Shown here one piece after another: positions 10,101-18,053 of a DNA stretch of 64,000 bases (positions within the stretch are counted from its first letter, which is position 1; every line of letters starts with the position of its first letter). A program made the position numbers and the translations under genes. Source of the DNA: Acidimicrobiales bacterium (lineage in GTDB: Bacteria > Actinomycetota > Acidimicrobiia > Acidimicrobiales > DASWIA01); contig DASWIA010000047.1 of NCBI GenBank assembly GCA_036397895.1, positions 20,237-84,236 of the forward strand, in the 5' to 3' direction. The notes beneath the pieces are model-generated. The model searched no databases and was not told the origin of the DNA. It saw only the letters and a list, made by a program, of their open reading frames with translations.

Positions 10101-11171
10101 CTACTCCCGGGTCCCGGTCACACGCCCATCCCAGGCCGAGCGGGTCGCCTCGATGACGGACGCCTCCAGATCGACGTATCCGACCTCGGACACGGACGCC
10201 AACCCCGCCTCGCTCATGTAGAAGTCGATGTAGGCCTGAAGCGATGGGTTGGCCTCTGCCTTGGCCTTGTTCACGTAGATGAACAGCGGCCGGGCGATGG
10301 GGAACTCGCCGCTGGCGATCGTCTCGGGTGTCGGCTCCACGCATCCGCCCCCGCCGTCGACGGCGATGGCCTTGACCGCGTCGGGGTTGGCAGCCACGAA
10401 GGCGAAGCCGACCCAACCAAGGGAGGTCGGGGTCCCCGAGATGGCCTCGACGATCACGTTGTCGTTGGGTGAGGCCTGGTAGTCGGGCCGTGGGTTGGGG
10501 TCCTGGTCGCGGGCCTCGGCCACCCCTTCGAGGGCGATCTCGACGAAGCTGTCGAACGTGCCGGATTCCTCGCCGGGTGCCGACACCACCAGCGGCGCGT
10601 CGGGGTAGGGGGCGTGGCCGGCTCCGAACTCCTCGCCGAGCTCGCTCGCGAGCTCAGCGGCCAGGTCGTTGGCCTCGGTCCAGCTCCCGAAGCCGATCGA
10701 CTCGGCGCCCAGAAGCGCGTAGAGGTCCAGGAAGCTCAGGCAGTCGATCTGGTCGTTGGCGGTGGAGGTGATCACGGAGAGCCCATCGATGGCGATCTTG
10801 AGCTCGATGAACTCGATTCCGTTCGCCGTGCACTTCTCGATCTCCTCGTCCTTGATGGCGCGGGAGGCGTCGGAGACGTCGGACTCGCCGCTGCAGAAGA
10901 TCTCGAAGCCGTCGCCGGTGCCGGGACCGTCGACGGAGATGGCGACGCTGGGGTTGGCGGCCGCGAACTTCTCGGCGTTGCGGGCCGAGATCGGCTCGAC
11001 GGTCGAGGAGCCGGAGACGACGACCTCCCCGGAGAGGGTGGATGAGTCGCCGCCGGTGTCGCCGCCGGCGTCGATCCCGGGACCGTCGTCGGAGCCGCAC
11101 GCGGCTGCGATCAGGGTCAGCGCCACGAGAAGGGCGACGAGGCCGCGGGGCCGGCGAACACGGTGGGACAC
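10101..11171 (-). CDS. pstS: Phosphate-binding lipoprotein PstS
   Basis: GTG start at 11171, preceded by AGGAGGA. The lipoprotein signal is LTLIAAACGSDD. It has a periplasmic-binding-protein architecture and is the first gene of the pst operon. Confidence 0.9.
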   Translation of the reverse strand: MSHRVRRPRGLVALLVALTLIAAACGSDDGPGIDAGGDTGGDSSTLSGEVVVSGSSTVEPISARNAEKFAAANPSVAISVDGPGTGDGFEIFCSGESDVSDASRAIKDEEIEKCTANGIEFIELKIAIDGLSVITSTANDQIDCLSFLDLYALLGAESIGFGSWTEANDLAAELASELGEEFGAGHAPYPDAPLVVSAPGEESGTFDSFVEIALEGVAEARDQDPNPRPDYQASPNDNVIVEAISGTPTSLGWVGFAFVAANPDAVKAIAVDGGGGCVEPTPETIASGEFPIARPLFIYVNKAKAEANPSLQAYIDFYMSEAGLASVSEVGYVDLEASVIEATRSAWDGRVTGTRE

Positions 11172-11234
11172 GGGTGATCCTCCTGGATCGGTGGCGGGGG
11201 ACGTTGCTGTCGACGGTGCACGTTAGGAAGGCAT

Positions 11235-11274
11235 GGTGACGCGCCTCCGGCCAGCGGGTGAACGGGCGGTGAAC
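11235..11274 (-). promoter_or_regulatory. PHO-box-like 11-nt direct repeats upstream of pstS
   Basis: On the minus strand the sequence reads GTTCACCgccc GTTCACCcgct ggccggaggcg cGTCACC. The heptamers at 11268-11274, 11257-11263 and 11235-11241 are in 11-nt phase, about 65-100 nt upstream of the pstS start. They match the actinobacterial PhoP direct-repeat core GTTCACC. Confidence 0.55.
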
Positions 11275-11323
11275 GGCCTGCCAACGTTGGGCTGCGATCA
11301 GATGGGCGCCCAGTCGTGGATGA

Positions 11324-13468
11324 TCAGCCGCTCGGGGTCGCGCGCTCGATGGCCAGCTCTTCGAGCCGGTCGTGGGTGCTGATCCGGGCCACCTCAGGGG
11401 TTCGGTGCCAGGATCCGTCGGGAGCCATCTCCCAGGAGAGCAGATCGTCGGCAAGGTTCACGTCGAGGATCTGGTCGAGACGGGCTTGGAGCTCGACACC
11501 GTCGATGGGCACGACCGCTTCCACCCGGCGGTCGAGGTTGCGGGGCATGAGGTCGGCCGACCCTACGAGGTAGGTGGGCACTCCCTCCCCGCCCCCGTTG
11601 GCGAACAGGAAGATGCGGCTGTGCTCGAGGTAGCGGCCCACGATGGATCGCACCGAGATGTTCTCGCTCAACCCGCTCAGGCCCGGGCGCAGGCAGCACA
11701 TGCCGCGCACGATCAGATCGATCCGCACGCCGTGGCTCGACGCGTCGTACAGCGCCTCGATGATCTTGGCGTCGACCACACCGTTGGTCTTCATGACGAT
11801 GCGACCGGCCGGTCCGCGTGCCGCTTCGCCGGCGATCAGCTCCAGCAGCCGCCCGCGGAGATCGTGCGGTGCGGTGATGAGCCGGCGGTAGGGAACCTTG
11901 CGGCCGAATCCGGTGAGGTAGTTGAACAGCTGGGTGAGGTCGGCACCGATGTCGTCGTCGCAGGTGAACAGCCCGAGGTCCTCATAGAACCGAGCGGTGG
12001 TGGGGTTGTAGTTACCGGTACCGATGTGGCAGTAGCGGCGGATGCCGTCGGCTTCCTGGCGCACGACGAGACAGGTCTTGGTGTGGGTCTTCAGCCCGAC
12101 GACGCCGTACACGACATGCACGCCGGCCTGCTCGAGCTGACGGGCCCAGGCGATGTTGGCCTGCTCGTCGAACCGGGCCTGCACCTCCACGAGCACCGCC
12201 ACCTGCTTGCCCTGCTCGGCGGCCAGCACCAGTGACTTCACGATGGAGCTGTCACCGCTGGTGCGGTAGAGGGTCTGCTTGATGGCCAACACCTTGGGGT
12301 CGAGAGCGGCCTGACGGACGAACTCCCCGACTGATGAGCTGAACGATCCGTACGGGTGGTGCACCAGGACATCGCCGGAGCGGATCTCGGCGAACAGGTC
12401 CTTGTGGTCGTCCTCTCGGGGGGCGAGACGCGGCTGGGTGGTGGCCTTCCACACCGGATCCTTGAGGTCGGGGCGGTCGAGGTGGTGAAGCGCCCACAGG
12501 CCAGCGAGGTCGAGCGGGGCGAGGCGCTCGTAGACGTCGTCCTCGTCGAGATCGAGCTCGCGAACCAGAAGGTCGCGGATCTCGGAGTCGATGTCGGTGG
12601 GAACGTCGAGCCGGACGGCCCGACCGAACCTCCGGCGACGGAGCTCGACCTCCACCGCGCTGAGCAGATCATCGGCCTCCTCCTCCTCGAGAGTGAGGTC
12701 GGCGTTGCGGACGACCCGGAACGGGAAGTGGGCCACGATCTCCATGCCCGGAAAGAGCGCGTCGAGGTGGTGGGAGATGACGTCCTCGAGAGCGATGTAG
12801 GTCTCGTTGTCAGGGAGCACGACGAAGCGAGGGAGCGACGGCGGCACCTTCACCCGGGCGAACAGGTGTCCCGAAGCCCCCGGCTCGGCCACCGACACCG
12901 CCAGGTTGAGCGACAGGTTGGAGATGTAGGGGAATGGGTGGCTGGGATCGACGGCCAGCGGGGTGAGCACCGGGAACAGCCGGTCGTGGAAGACCTCGAC
13001 GAGGTGCTTCCGGTCGCCACCGTCGAGCTCATCCCAGGTGGAGAAGACGATCCCGGCCCCCGCGAGCGCGGGCGCAACCTCGTCGACGAATATCCGGTCC
13101 TCGAGCTCGACCATCTCGGCCACCGCGGCCCGGATGGCCGACAGCTGGCCGCTCGGCGACACGCCGTCGGACTCCGACGACGACACCCCGGCGGCGACGA
13201 GGTCCTTGAGGCCGGCCACCCGTACCTGGAAGAACTCGTCGAGGTTGGTGCCGAAGATGGCCAGGAACTTCGCCCGCTCCAACAACGGCTGGTGATCCTG
13301 GCGCGCCAGGTGGAGCACCCGAGCGTTGAAGTCGAGCCAGCTCAGCTCACGGTCGAGCAGGTGCCGCTGGTCGTCGGGTTCGACGCGGGGCCGCCCGAGG
13401 AACTCGGCTACATCGGGAGCAGGCACCCCACCGAAGGTACTCCGTGCCTGTCGGGGAGCGGCAGGCAC
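11324..13468 (-). CDS. ppk1: Polyphosphate kinase 1
   Basis: 714-aa ORF with the PPK1 N-terminal motif RELSWLDFNARVL, the catalytic His region GLKTHTKTCLVVR, and a C-terminal PLD-like region (GRYLEHSRIF). The exact GTG start is uncertain. Confidence 0.92.
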   Translation of the reverse strand: MPAAPRQARSTFGGVPAPDVAEFLGRPRVEPDDQRHLLDRELSWLDFNARVLHLARQDHQPLLERAKFLAIFGTNLDEFFQVRVAGLKDLVAAGVSSSESDGVSPSGQLSAIRAAVAEMVELEDRIFVDEVAPALAGAGIVFSTWDELDGGDRKHLVEVFHDRLFPVLTPLAVDPSHPFPYISNLSLNLAVSVAEPGASGHLFARVKVPPSLPRFVVLPDNETYIALEDVISHHLDALFPGMEIVAHFPFRVVRNADLTLEEEEADDLLSAVEVELRRRRFGRAVRLDVPTDIDSEIRDLLVRELDLDEDDVYERLAPLDLAGLWALHHLDRPDLKDPVWKATTQPRLAPREDDHKDLFAEIRSGDVLVHHPYGSFSSSVGEFVRQAALDPKVLAIKQTLYRTSGDSSIVKSLVLAAEQGKQVAVLVEVQARFDEQANIAWARQLEQAGVHVVYGVVGLKTHTKTCLVVRQEADGIRRYCHIGTGNYNPTTARFYEDLGLFTCDDDIGADLTQLFNYLTGFGRKVPYRRLITAPHDLRGRLLELIAGEAARGPAGRIVMKTNGVVDAKIIEALYDASSHGVRIDLIVRGMCCLRPGLSGLSENISVRSIVGRYLEHSRIFLFANGGGEGVPTYLVGSADLMPRNLDRRVEAVVPIDGVELQARLDQILDVNLADDLLSWEMAPDGSWHRTPEVARISTHDRLEELAIERATPSG

Positions 13469-13542
13469 CGATCCAAGAGCTCAGCGGCCGCGAGCTCGGG
13501 GCGGGCGAGGCTCGGGCGCCGCGGCCGCGGGCCCAGAGGGCC

Positions 13543-14073
13543 TCAGCCGGCAGGAGCGTCGTCTTCGGGCGACTCGGCGCTGGGTGGTGCCGGCGCCACG
13601 TCGGCAGTGCCGTCAGCCGTCTGGTCGGCGGCAGCGCTGCTGGCGGTCTGATCGGCGGCAGTGTCGTCACCGGTCTGGTCGGCGGCGGTGCCGCTGGCGA
13701 CGGGGGCCGGCGCCACCGTGACCGGCGGCGGCGCGGCAGCCGGCTCGCCTTCCTCTGGGTAGCCGAGATCCCATTCGAGCAGGATGCGCTCGCGCTCGGC
13801 GTCGCGCACGCAGCGCTCCCGGTTGCGCCGGAATTGAGGATCGAATGGCGGCAGCAGCAGCAGGCGGGCCATGGCACGGGTGCGGAACTCGTCGATGAGG
13901 CGCCCATCGCCAAAGTCGGAGTGCACCTCCCAGTGCGGCGCGGTGGGGCCGACGTAGACGATGCGGGCATGCGCCACGGGGGGGAGATTCTCGACGACCT
14001 CGGTGGGGTAGTGGGCCACGATCGCTCCTGGTGGGCGGGGTTGGGCGCCCGAGGATAGTGGTCCGACCGTCAT
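13543..14073 (-). CDS. Hypothetical protein with a C-terminal AADQT-type repeat tail
   Basis: ATG at 14073 is preceded by GAGGTGAGGAG. The body (AHYPTEVVENLPPVAHARIVYVGPTAPHWEVH...) matches no family I recognise. The tail is encoded by the 27-bp repeats at 13617-13697. Confidence 0.55.
   Translation of the reverse strand: MTVGPLSSGAQPRPPGAIVAHYPTEVVENLPPVAHARIVYVGPTAPHWEVHSDFGDGRLIDEFRTRAMARLLLLPPFDPQFRRNRERCVRDAERERILLEWDLGYPEEGEPAAAPPPVTVAPAPVASGTAADQTGDDTAADQTASSAAADQTADGTADVAPAPPSAESPEDDAPAG
13617..13697. repeat. Imperfect 27-bp tandem repeat x3 inside CDS 13543..14073
   Basis: Units lie at 13617-13643, 13644-13670 and 13671-13697 (cCGTCTGGTCGGCGGC..., CGGTCTGATCGGCGGC..., CGGTCTGGTCGGCGGC...). 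They encode (T/A)AADQT-containing 9-aa repeats. Confidence 0.8.
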
Positions 14074-14268
14074 CTCCTCACCTCGGCTGCCGCCGGTCTC
14101 CTCACGCCGGCCCGAGCCCCCTCCGATAGGCGCTGGAATCATCACCGTTCGTGACCTGAGGGGGCCTGCACCCCGGGTGGGCGAATTCTTTGCGGAATCT
14201 TGGGATCTGTTCGGGTGGTTCGACTCGTACAACAGATGTCAGACGTGCGTGCCGAACGGAGGAGTTCC

Positions 14269-14565
14269 ATGGAGCTCGATTGGATGGCCCGGGGCTTGTG
14301 TCGGGGCCGCCCGGCGGCTGACTTCTTTCCCAGCGATGGCGTGGGAGTGGAGCGAGCCCGTCAGATCTGCGCAGAGTGCCCGGTTTGCACCCGGTGCCTG
14401 GACTACGCACTGGCCGAGCGGATCGATCACGGCGTGTGGGGTGGAACCTCCGAGCGTCAGCGCCGACGCCTCCAGAAGGCACGTCGTGAGGCGGCTACTT
14501 CCGACGCGGAGGTCGGCGGACGGTCGCCCGACGGACCGACGCAGCCGTCGGCCACGCCTAGCTGA
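14269..14565 (+). CDS. WhiB family transcriptional regulator
   Basis: Begins MELDWMARGLCRG and contains CAECPVCTRC (four Cys in WhiB spacing) and the GVWGG turn. ATG at 14269 is preceded by GGAGG. Confidence 0.88.
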   Translation: MELDWMARGLCRGRPAADFFPSDGVGVERARQICAECPVCTRCLDYALAERIDHGVWGGTSERQRRRLQKARREAATSDAEVGGRSPDGPTQPSATPS

Positions 14566-14588
14566 AGCCGCTGAGGCTGCTCACGTTG

Positions 14589-14801
14589 TCAGCCTGACGT
14601 GGTATCGCCGGAATCCGTCTCTGCCGCAGCGTCGGACCCGCCGGAGGAATCGGAGTCGGAGGCACCTTCGTCGATGCCCTTCCTGAACTCCCGTTGAGCC
14701 TGCCCGATCGATTTGGCCAGCTTCGGCAGCTTGGCCCCGCCGAAGAGCACCAACAAGATCACCAGGATGACGACGAGTTCTCCTGCTCCAAGGCCAGCCA
14801 C
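14589..14801 (-). CDS. tatA: Twin-arginine translocase subunit TatA/E
   Basis: 70 aa with a GTG start. There is an N-terminal TM helix (GELVVILVILLVLFGGAKLPKLAKSIG), then an amphipathic helix and an acidic tail. Confidence 0.88.
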   Translation of the reverse strand: MAGLGAGELVVILVILLVLFGGAKLPKLAKSIGQAQREFRKGIDEGASDSDSSGGSDAAAETDSGDTTSG

Positions 14802-14857
14802 GAGCCCAGCGTAGCCAAGTCGGCGGCGGAGGCAACGCGGGTGCCACCATTCCCCCG

Positions 14858-15685
14858 GTGCTGGAGTGCGTCGTCAACGTCAGCGAGGGCCTCGACCCAC
14901 AGGTGATCCGACTGCTGTCGTCGGCCGCCGGCGCTGACCTGTTGGACTGCCACGTGGATCCCCACCACCATCGCAGCGTGCTCACGCTGGTGGGCACCGA
15001 CAGCCCGCGGCGGGTGGCCACGGCCGCCGTCGACCACATCGATCTAGGTCGCCACCGTGGCGCCCACCCCCGCCTCGGGGCGATCGACGTGGTTCCGTTC
15101 GTGGCGCTCGATGGATCGACTCCCGCCGACGCCGCGCTGGCCGCCGACGAGTTCGCCCGGTGGATGAGCGATGAGCACGGCGTGCCGTGCTTCCGCTACC
15201 ACGCTCGCAGCCCGTCGCTTCCCGAGGTGCGCCGCAACGCCTTCCACGGGCGCGGTCCCGACACCGGGCCGGGCTCGCCTCACTCCACCGCCGGCGCCTG
15301 CGCTGTCGGGGACCGTGGGGTGCTGGTCGCTTTCAATGCCTGGCTGACCAGCCCCGACCCCGCTTCGGCACGCCGCGCCGCCGCTCGGGTGCGAGCCGAG
15401 ACCACCGAACGATTCGGTCACCAGGTCGTGCGGACGCTGGGAATGTCGGTGGGAGGCAGAGCCCAGCTGTCGATGAACCTCATCAAACCCGAGGTGTTCG
15501 GTCCCGCCGACGCCGCCGATGCCGCTGAGCGGGCAGCACCGGTGGCCCGCTACGAGCTGGTGGGGCTGGTGCCCGCCACCGTGCTCACCGCAGTGCCGCC
15601 GCACCGGTGGAGCCGGCTCGACCTGGGGTGGAGCTGCACCATCGAGGCCCGTCTGGCCGCCCGCTCACGTCGCGGCGCCACCTGA
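14858..15685 (+). CDS. Glutamate formimidoyltransferase-like protein (FTCD N-terminal domain)
   Basis: GTG start. The N-terminal motif ECVVNVSEG is typical of formiminotransferases (ECVPNFSEG type). At 275 aa, there is no cyclodeaminase domain. Confidence 0.65.
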   Translation: MLECVVNVSEGLDPQVIRLLSSAAGADLLDCHVDPHHHRSVLTLVGTDSPRRVATAAVDHIDLGRHRGAHPRLGAIDVVPFVALDGSTPADAALAADEFARWMSDEHGVPCFRYHARSPSLPEVRRNAFHGRGPDTGPGSPHSTAGACAVGDRGVLVAFNAWLTSPDPASARRAAARVRAETTERFGHQVVRTLGMSVGGRAQLSMNLIKPEVFGPADAADAAERAAPVARYELVGLVPATVLTAVPPHRWSRLDLGWSCTIEARLAARSRRGAT

Positions 15686-15693
15686 CGGATTCC

Positions 15694-15730
15694 GGCGATC
15701 TGTTCAGGCGATCTGTTCAGGCGATCTGGA
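15694..15730. repeat. 13-bp tandem repeat, about 2.8 copies (GGCGATCTGTTCA), anchored on the stop of whiB-like CDS 15717..16004
   Basis: Copies lie at 15694-15706 and 15707-15719, with a partial copy at 15720-15730 inside the CDS. Minus-strand TGAs occur at 15719-15717 (the real stop) and 15706-15704. The next position downstream (15693-15691) reads GGA. Confidence 0.9.
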
Positions 15731-16004
15731 TGCTGGTGCCCTCTTCGGCGGTGCGACGCTCGACGGCGCGCTGGCGACGGATCTTGCGTCGCTCGCGCTC
15801 GCTCCGACCGCCCCAGATGCCGAACTTCTCGCCGTTGGTGATGGCGAAGTCAAGGCACTCGTCGCGCACCACGCACCCCTGGCAGACCGCCTTGGCCTCC
15901 CGGGTGCTGGCGCCGCGCTCGGGAAAGAAGAGATCAGGGTCGACGCCCAGGCAGTTGCTGTACTGCTGCCACGAAAGATCCTGTTCCGGCTTCGTCGTCC
16001 GCAT
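15717..16004 (-). CDS. WhiB family transcriptional regulator
   Basis: Begins MRTTKPEQDLSWQQYSNCLGVDPDLFFP and contains CQGCVVRDEC and GIWGG. ATG at 16004 is preceded by GGGAGG. Confidence 0.9.
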   Translation of the reverse strand: MRTTKPEQDLSWQQYSNCLGVDPDLFFPERGASTREAKAVCQGCVVRDECLDFAITNGEKFGIWGGRSERERRKIRRQRAVERRTAEEGTSIQIA

Positions 16005-16272
16005 CGTTGTGTGCCTCCCTCGCACTCACGACCACGGCAGGGCCCCCCACGACTCCTTCCGGACCGCACTGGTGTAATTACGTTGCTGTGATTCTGGCCC
16101 CTCCAGTAGCGATCCGCAAGAAGAATCTGGAAAACCCCTGGTCAACGCGCCAAAGAAATCCACCCGCTCGCGCCACCCGAGGGGTAGGAGTCACCCGGAT
16201 GAGGTGGTTGAACCAGCCGACAACCCGCAGCGCCGGCACCGTCAGGACTTCGGACGAAGCCGGCGAGCAACG

Positions 16273-17409
16273 TCACAGCGAGCCGGACGAAACCTCTTCC
16301 CAGTCGGCTACCTTCCAATTCTCGCTCACGATGTCGGAGATGGAGTCGTCGTAGCGCAACGTGAAGGTGGGGTTGCCGTTGATCGTGAGCGAGTTCAGCA
16401 CCAACGAGCCGTCGAGGTGCATCTGCCCGCCGTCGACCGTCAGGTCGGTGTCCGGTGCGTAGATGACGCCATTCACCTTGCCGGCCAACGCTCCGGAGCC
16501 CACCGTCATGGCCGCCGAACCCTCCTTCAAGATGCGGAAGTCGGCGCCGGCCCCACCCAGGTTGATCTCAGCACCCGACAGGTTGACCTCGTAGCCGTCG
16601 CCCACGTAGATGATGGCCGGCGGGTTGGAGATCGTCGTGGCACCCGCCGTGAACGAGATGTCCTGGAGGCAACGGAACGGGGTGCCGCCTTGGCCGTCGA
16701 TGGTCGACGGGAAGATGCCTCCCAGCGGACAGGCCTGGCTGTCGCCGCTGCCCGGATCGGTGGGAGCGTCCCACGACTTGGGCCCGTCGCGCTGAACGCC
16801 GTTGTCGCATCCCGAGCAGCTGCCGTTTGGCGTGAAGTAGTGCTGGGCATCACCGCCTCCGCCTCCGTTCACCACGATCGATGAGTTCGAGCCCACCACC
16901 GCGTTGCCGGTATCGGTGGCGCCCGTCGCCGAGTCGTACGACTCCACGTTGAAGTTGCCGTCGCCGTTGAAGACCAAGGCTTGCTGGGTGAAGATTGCGT
17001 AGGGGTACAGAGACTCCTGGCTCACCGTCGCCTCCAAAGTGTGGGTCACGCCGTTGAGGAGACCAGCCGACCGGACCCGCCACTCGAAGTCCGAGATCTT
17101 CGTGGCGGTGTAGTCGAACGTCCCGTCGCCGAAGTCGACATCGCTCACCGAGAACGTTGCCCCCGCTCCGGCGTCGATGCGGTACTTGGCGTCGCTGAGC
17201 CCGCCATCGGCGACCACCAGGGCGCCGGAGAAGTCCTGGGTGCGCCGCACGCTGCTCAGCGTCGACGTGCTGCGGGCGACGAGCGCCACCGACAACATGC
17301 CGACGACGGTCATGATCCCGAGCCCGACGATGAGGTTGCCCGCTTCGCTCTCCTGGTGATGACGGTTCCTCGCCCGGCGGCGAAGAAGATGTCCAAGCAG
17401 TGTCAGCAT
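16273..17409 (-). CDS. PilX-like minor pilin / pilus-associated protein (N-terminal TM, no Glu+5)
   Basis: The N-terminus is HHQESEAG-NLIVGLGIMTVVGMLSVALVA, followed by ALVVADGGL, the pattern of a PilX N-terminal domain. The rest is Gly/Asn/Thr-rich and looks beta-rich. Its ATG at 17409 overlaps the upstream stop (ATGCTGA). Confidence 0.6.
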   Translation of the reverse strand: MLTLLGHLLRRRARNRHHQESEAGNLIVGLGIMTVVGMLSVALVARSTSTLSSVRRTQDFSGALVVADGGLSDAKYRIDAGAGATFSVSDVDFGDGTFDYTATKISDFEWRVRSAGLLNGVTHTLEATVSQESLYPYAIFTQQALVFNGDGNFNVESYDSATGATDTGNAVVGSNSSIVVNGGGGGDAQHYFTPNGSCSGCDNGVQRDGPKSWDAPTDPGSGDSQACPLGGIFPSTIDGQGGTPFRCLQDISFTAGATTISNPPAIIYVGDGYEVNLSGAEINLGGAGADFRILKEGSAAMTVGSGALAGKVNGVIYAPDTDLTVDGGQMHLDGSLVLNSLTINGNPTFTLRYDDSISDIVSENWKVADWEEVSSGSL

Positions 17410-18053
17410 CCGATGCCTCCCGGTAGCCGGTTGCGGATCTCCGCCGAGGTCTGCTCGACGAACTGGCTGCCGACGGGGTCATCGGCCGCGAACACCGTCA
17501 TCTCGACGCGGATCGCGCAGTTGGCGTAGTCGCCCGAGGTCTGGATGGTGGTGATCTCGGCGCCCTGGTCGTCGAAGTAGCGGAGGAACGGGCTCGAGGG
17601 ATCGTTGTCGACCCCGTCGAGCACGACGCGGGTCGACGTGGCGGCGCCGCCCGGCGCGCTGAGGACGCTCCGGGTGAGCGTCGACCCGGTGAGCTGCCAC
17701 CGGATGTGGGTCTGGGTACCGCCGCCGGGTCCGGTCGACATCTCGATGGCGGTGGCGTATGCGTTGACGTCGTCGTGAGGGTTGATGGGGTTGGCGTTGC
17801 GGATGTCGCGTCCGAGCTCGAGGAGGGCGAACCGCACCTTCTCCTGGTTGTTGACCAGCGCCTGCTGGTAGCGGTCGTTGGTGAGCATCGATGCGAACAT
17901 GGCCATGGCCCCCACCATCACAAGGCTCATGACGAGCATGGTGACGGCCAGCTCCACGATGGTGAAGCCGGCCTCCTCGCTCCCGTCGGGGCCCCGCCGA
18001 TCGTCGACCAGCCGGACCACGCGTGTCCGCAGACGCTCGAGTCGTGCGAACAT
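17403..18053 (-). CDS. Prepilin-type N-terminal cleavage/methylation domain protein (minor pilin, PilW-like)
   Basis: The class III signal is SEEAG-FTIVELAVTMLVMSLVMVGAMAMF, with Glu at +5. ATG at 18053 overlaps the upstream stop (ATGA). Confidence 0.75.
   Translation of the reverse strand: MFARLERLRTRVVRLVDDRRGPDGSEEAGFTIVELAVTMLVMSLVMVGAMAMFASMLTNDRYQQALVNNQEKVRFALLELGRDIRNANPINPHDDVNAYATAIEMSTGPGGGTQTHIRWQLTGSTLTRSVLSAPGGAATSTRVVLDGVDNDPSSPFLRYFDDQGAEITTIQTSGDYANCAIRVEMTVFAADDPVGSQFVEQTSAEIRNRLPGGIGC

Noticed and set aside
14561-14600. A possible fourth stop-anchored repeat after the first whiB gene (GCTGAAGCC GCTGAGGCT).
   Set aside because: The period is 9 bp and the repeat is imperfect. 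The two TGAs are in the same frame, so it does not share the 13-bp architecture of the other three loci.
16085-16110. A CRP/Cmr-type site (TGTGA-N6-TCACA) upstream of the second whiB gene.
   Set aside because: Only the left half-site TGTGA is present (GCTGTGATTCTGGCCCCT). The right half does not match.
16007-16354. A 115-aa plus-strand ORF in the whiB upstream region, and an 86-aa ORF at 44696..44956 in the hairpin-rich spacer.
   Set aside because: Both have poor coding-like composition and overlap structured or non-coding sequence or the ends of neighbouring genes. Neither has a ribosome-binding site or a recognisable motif.
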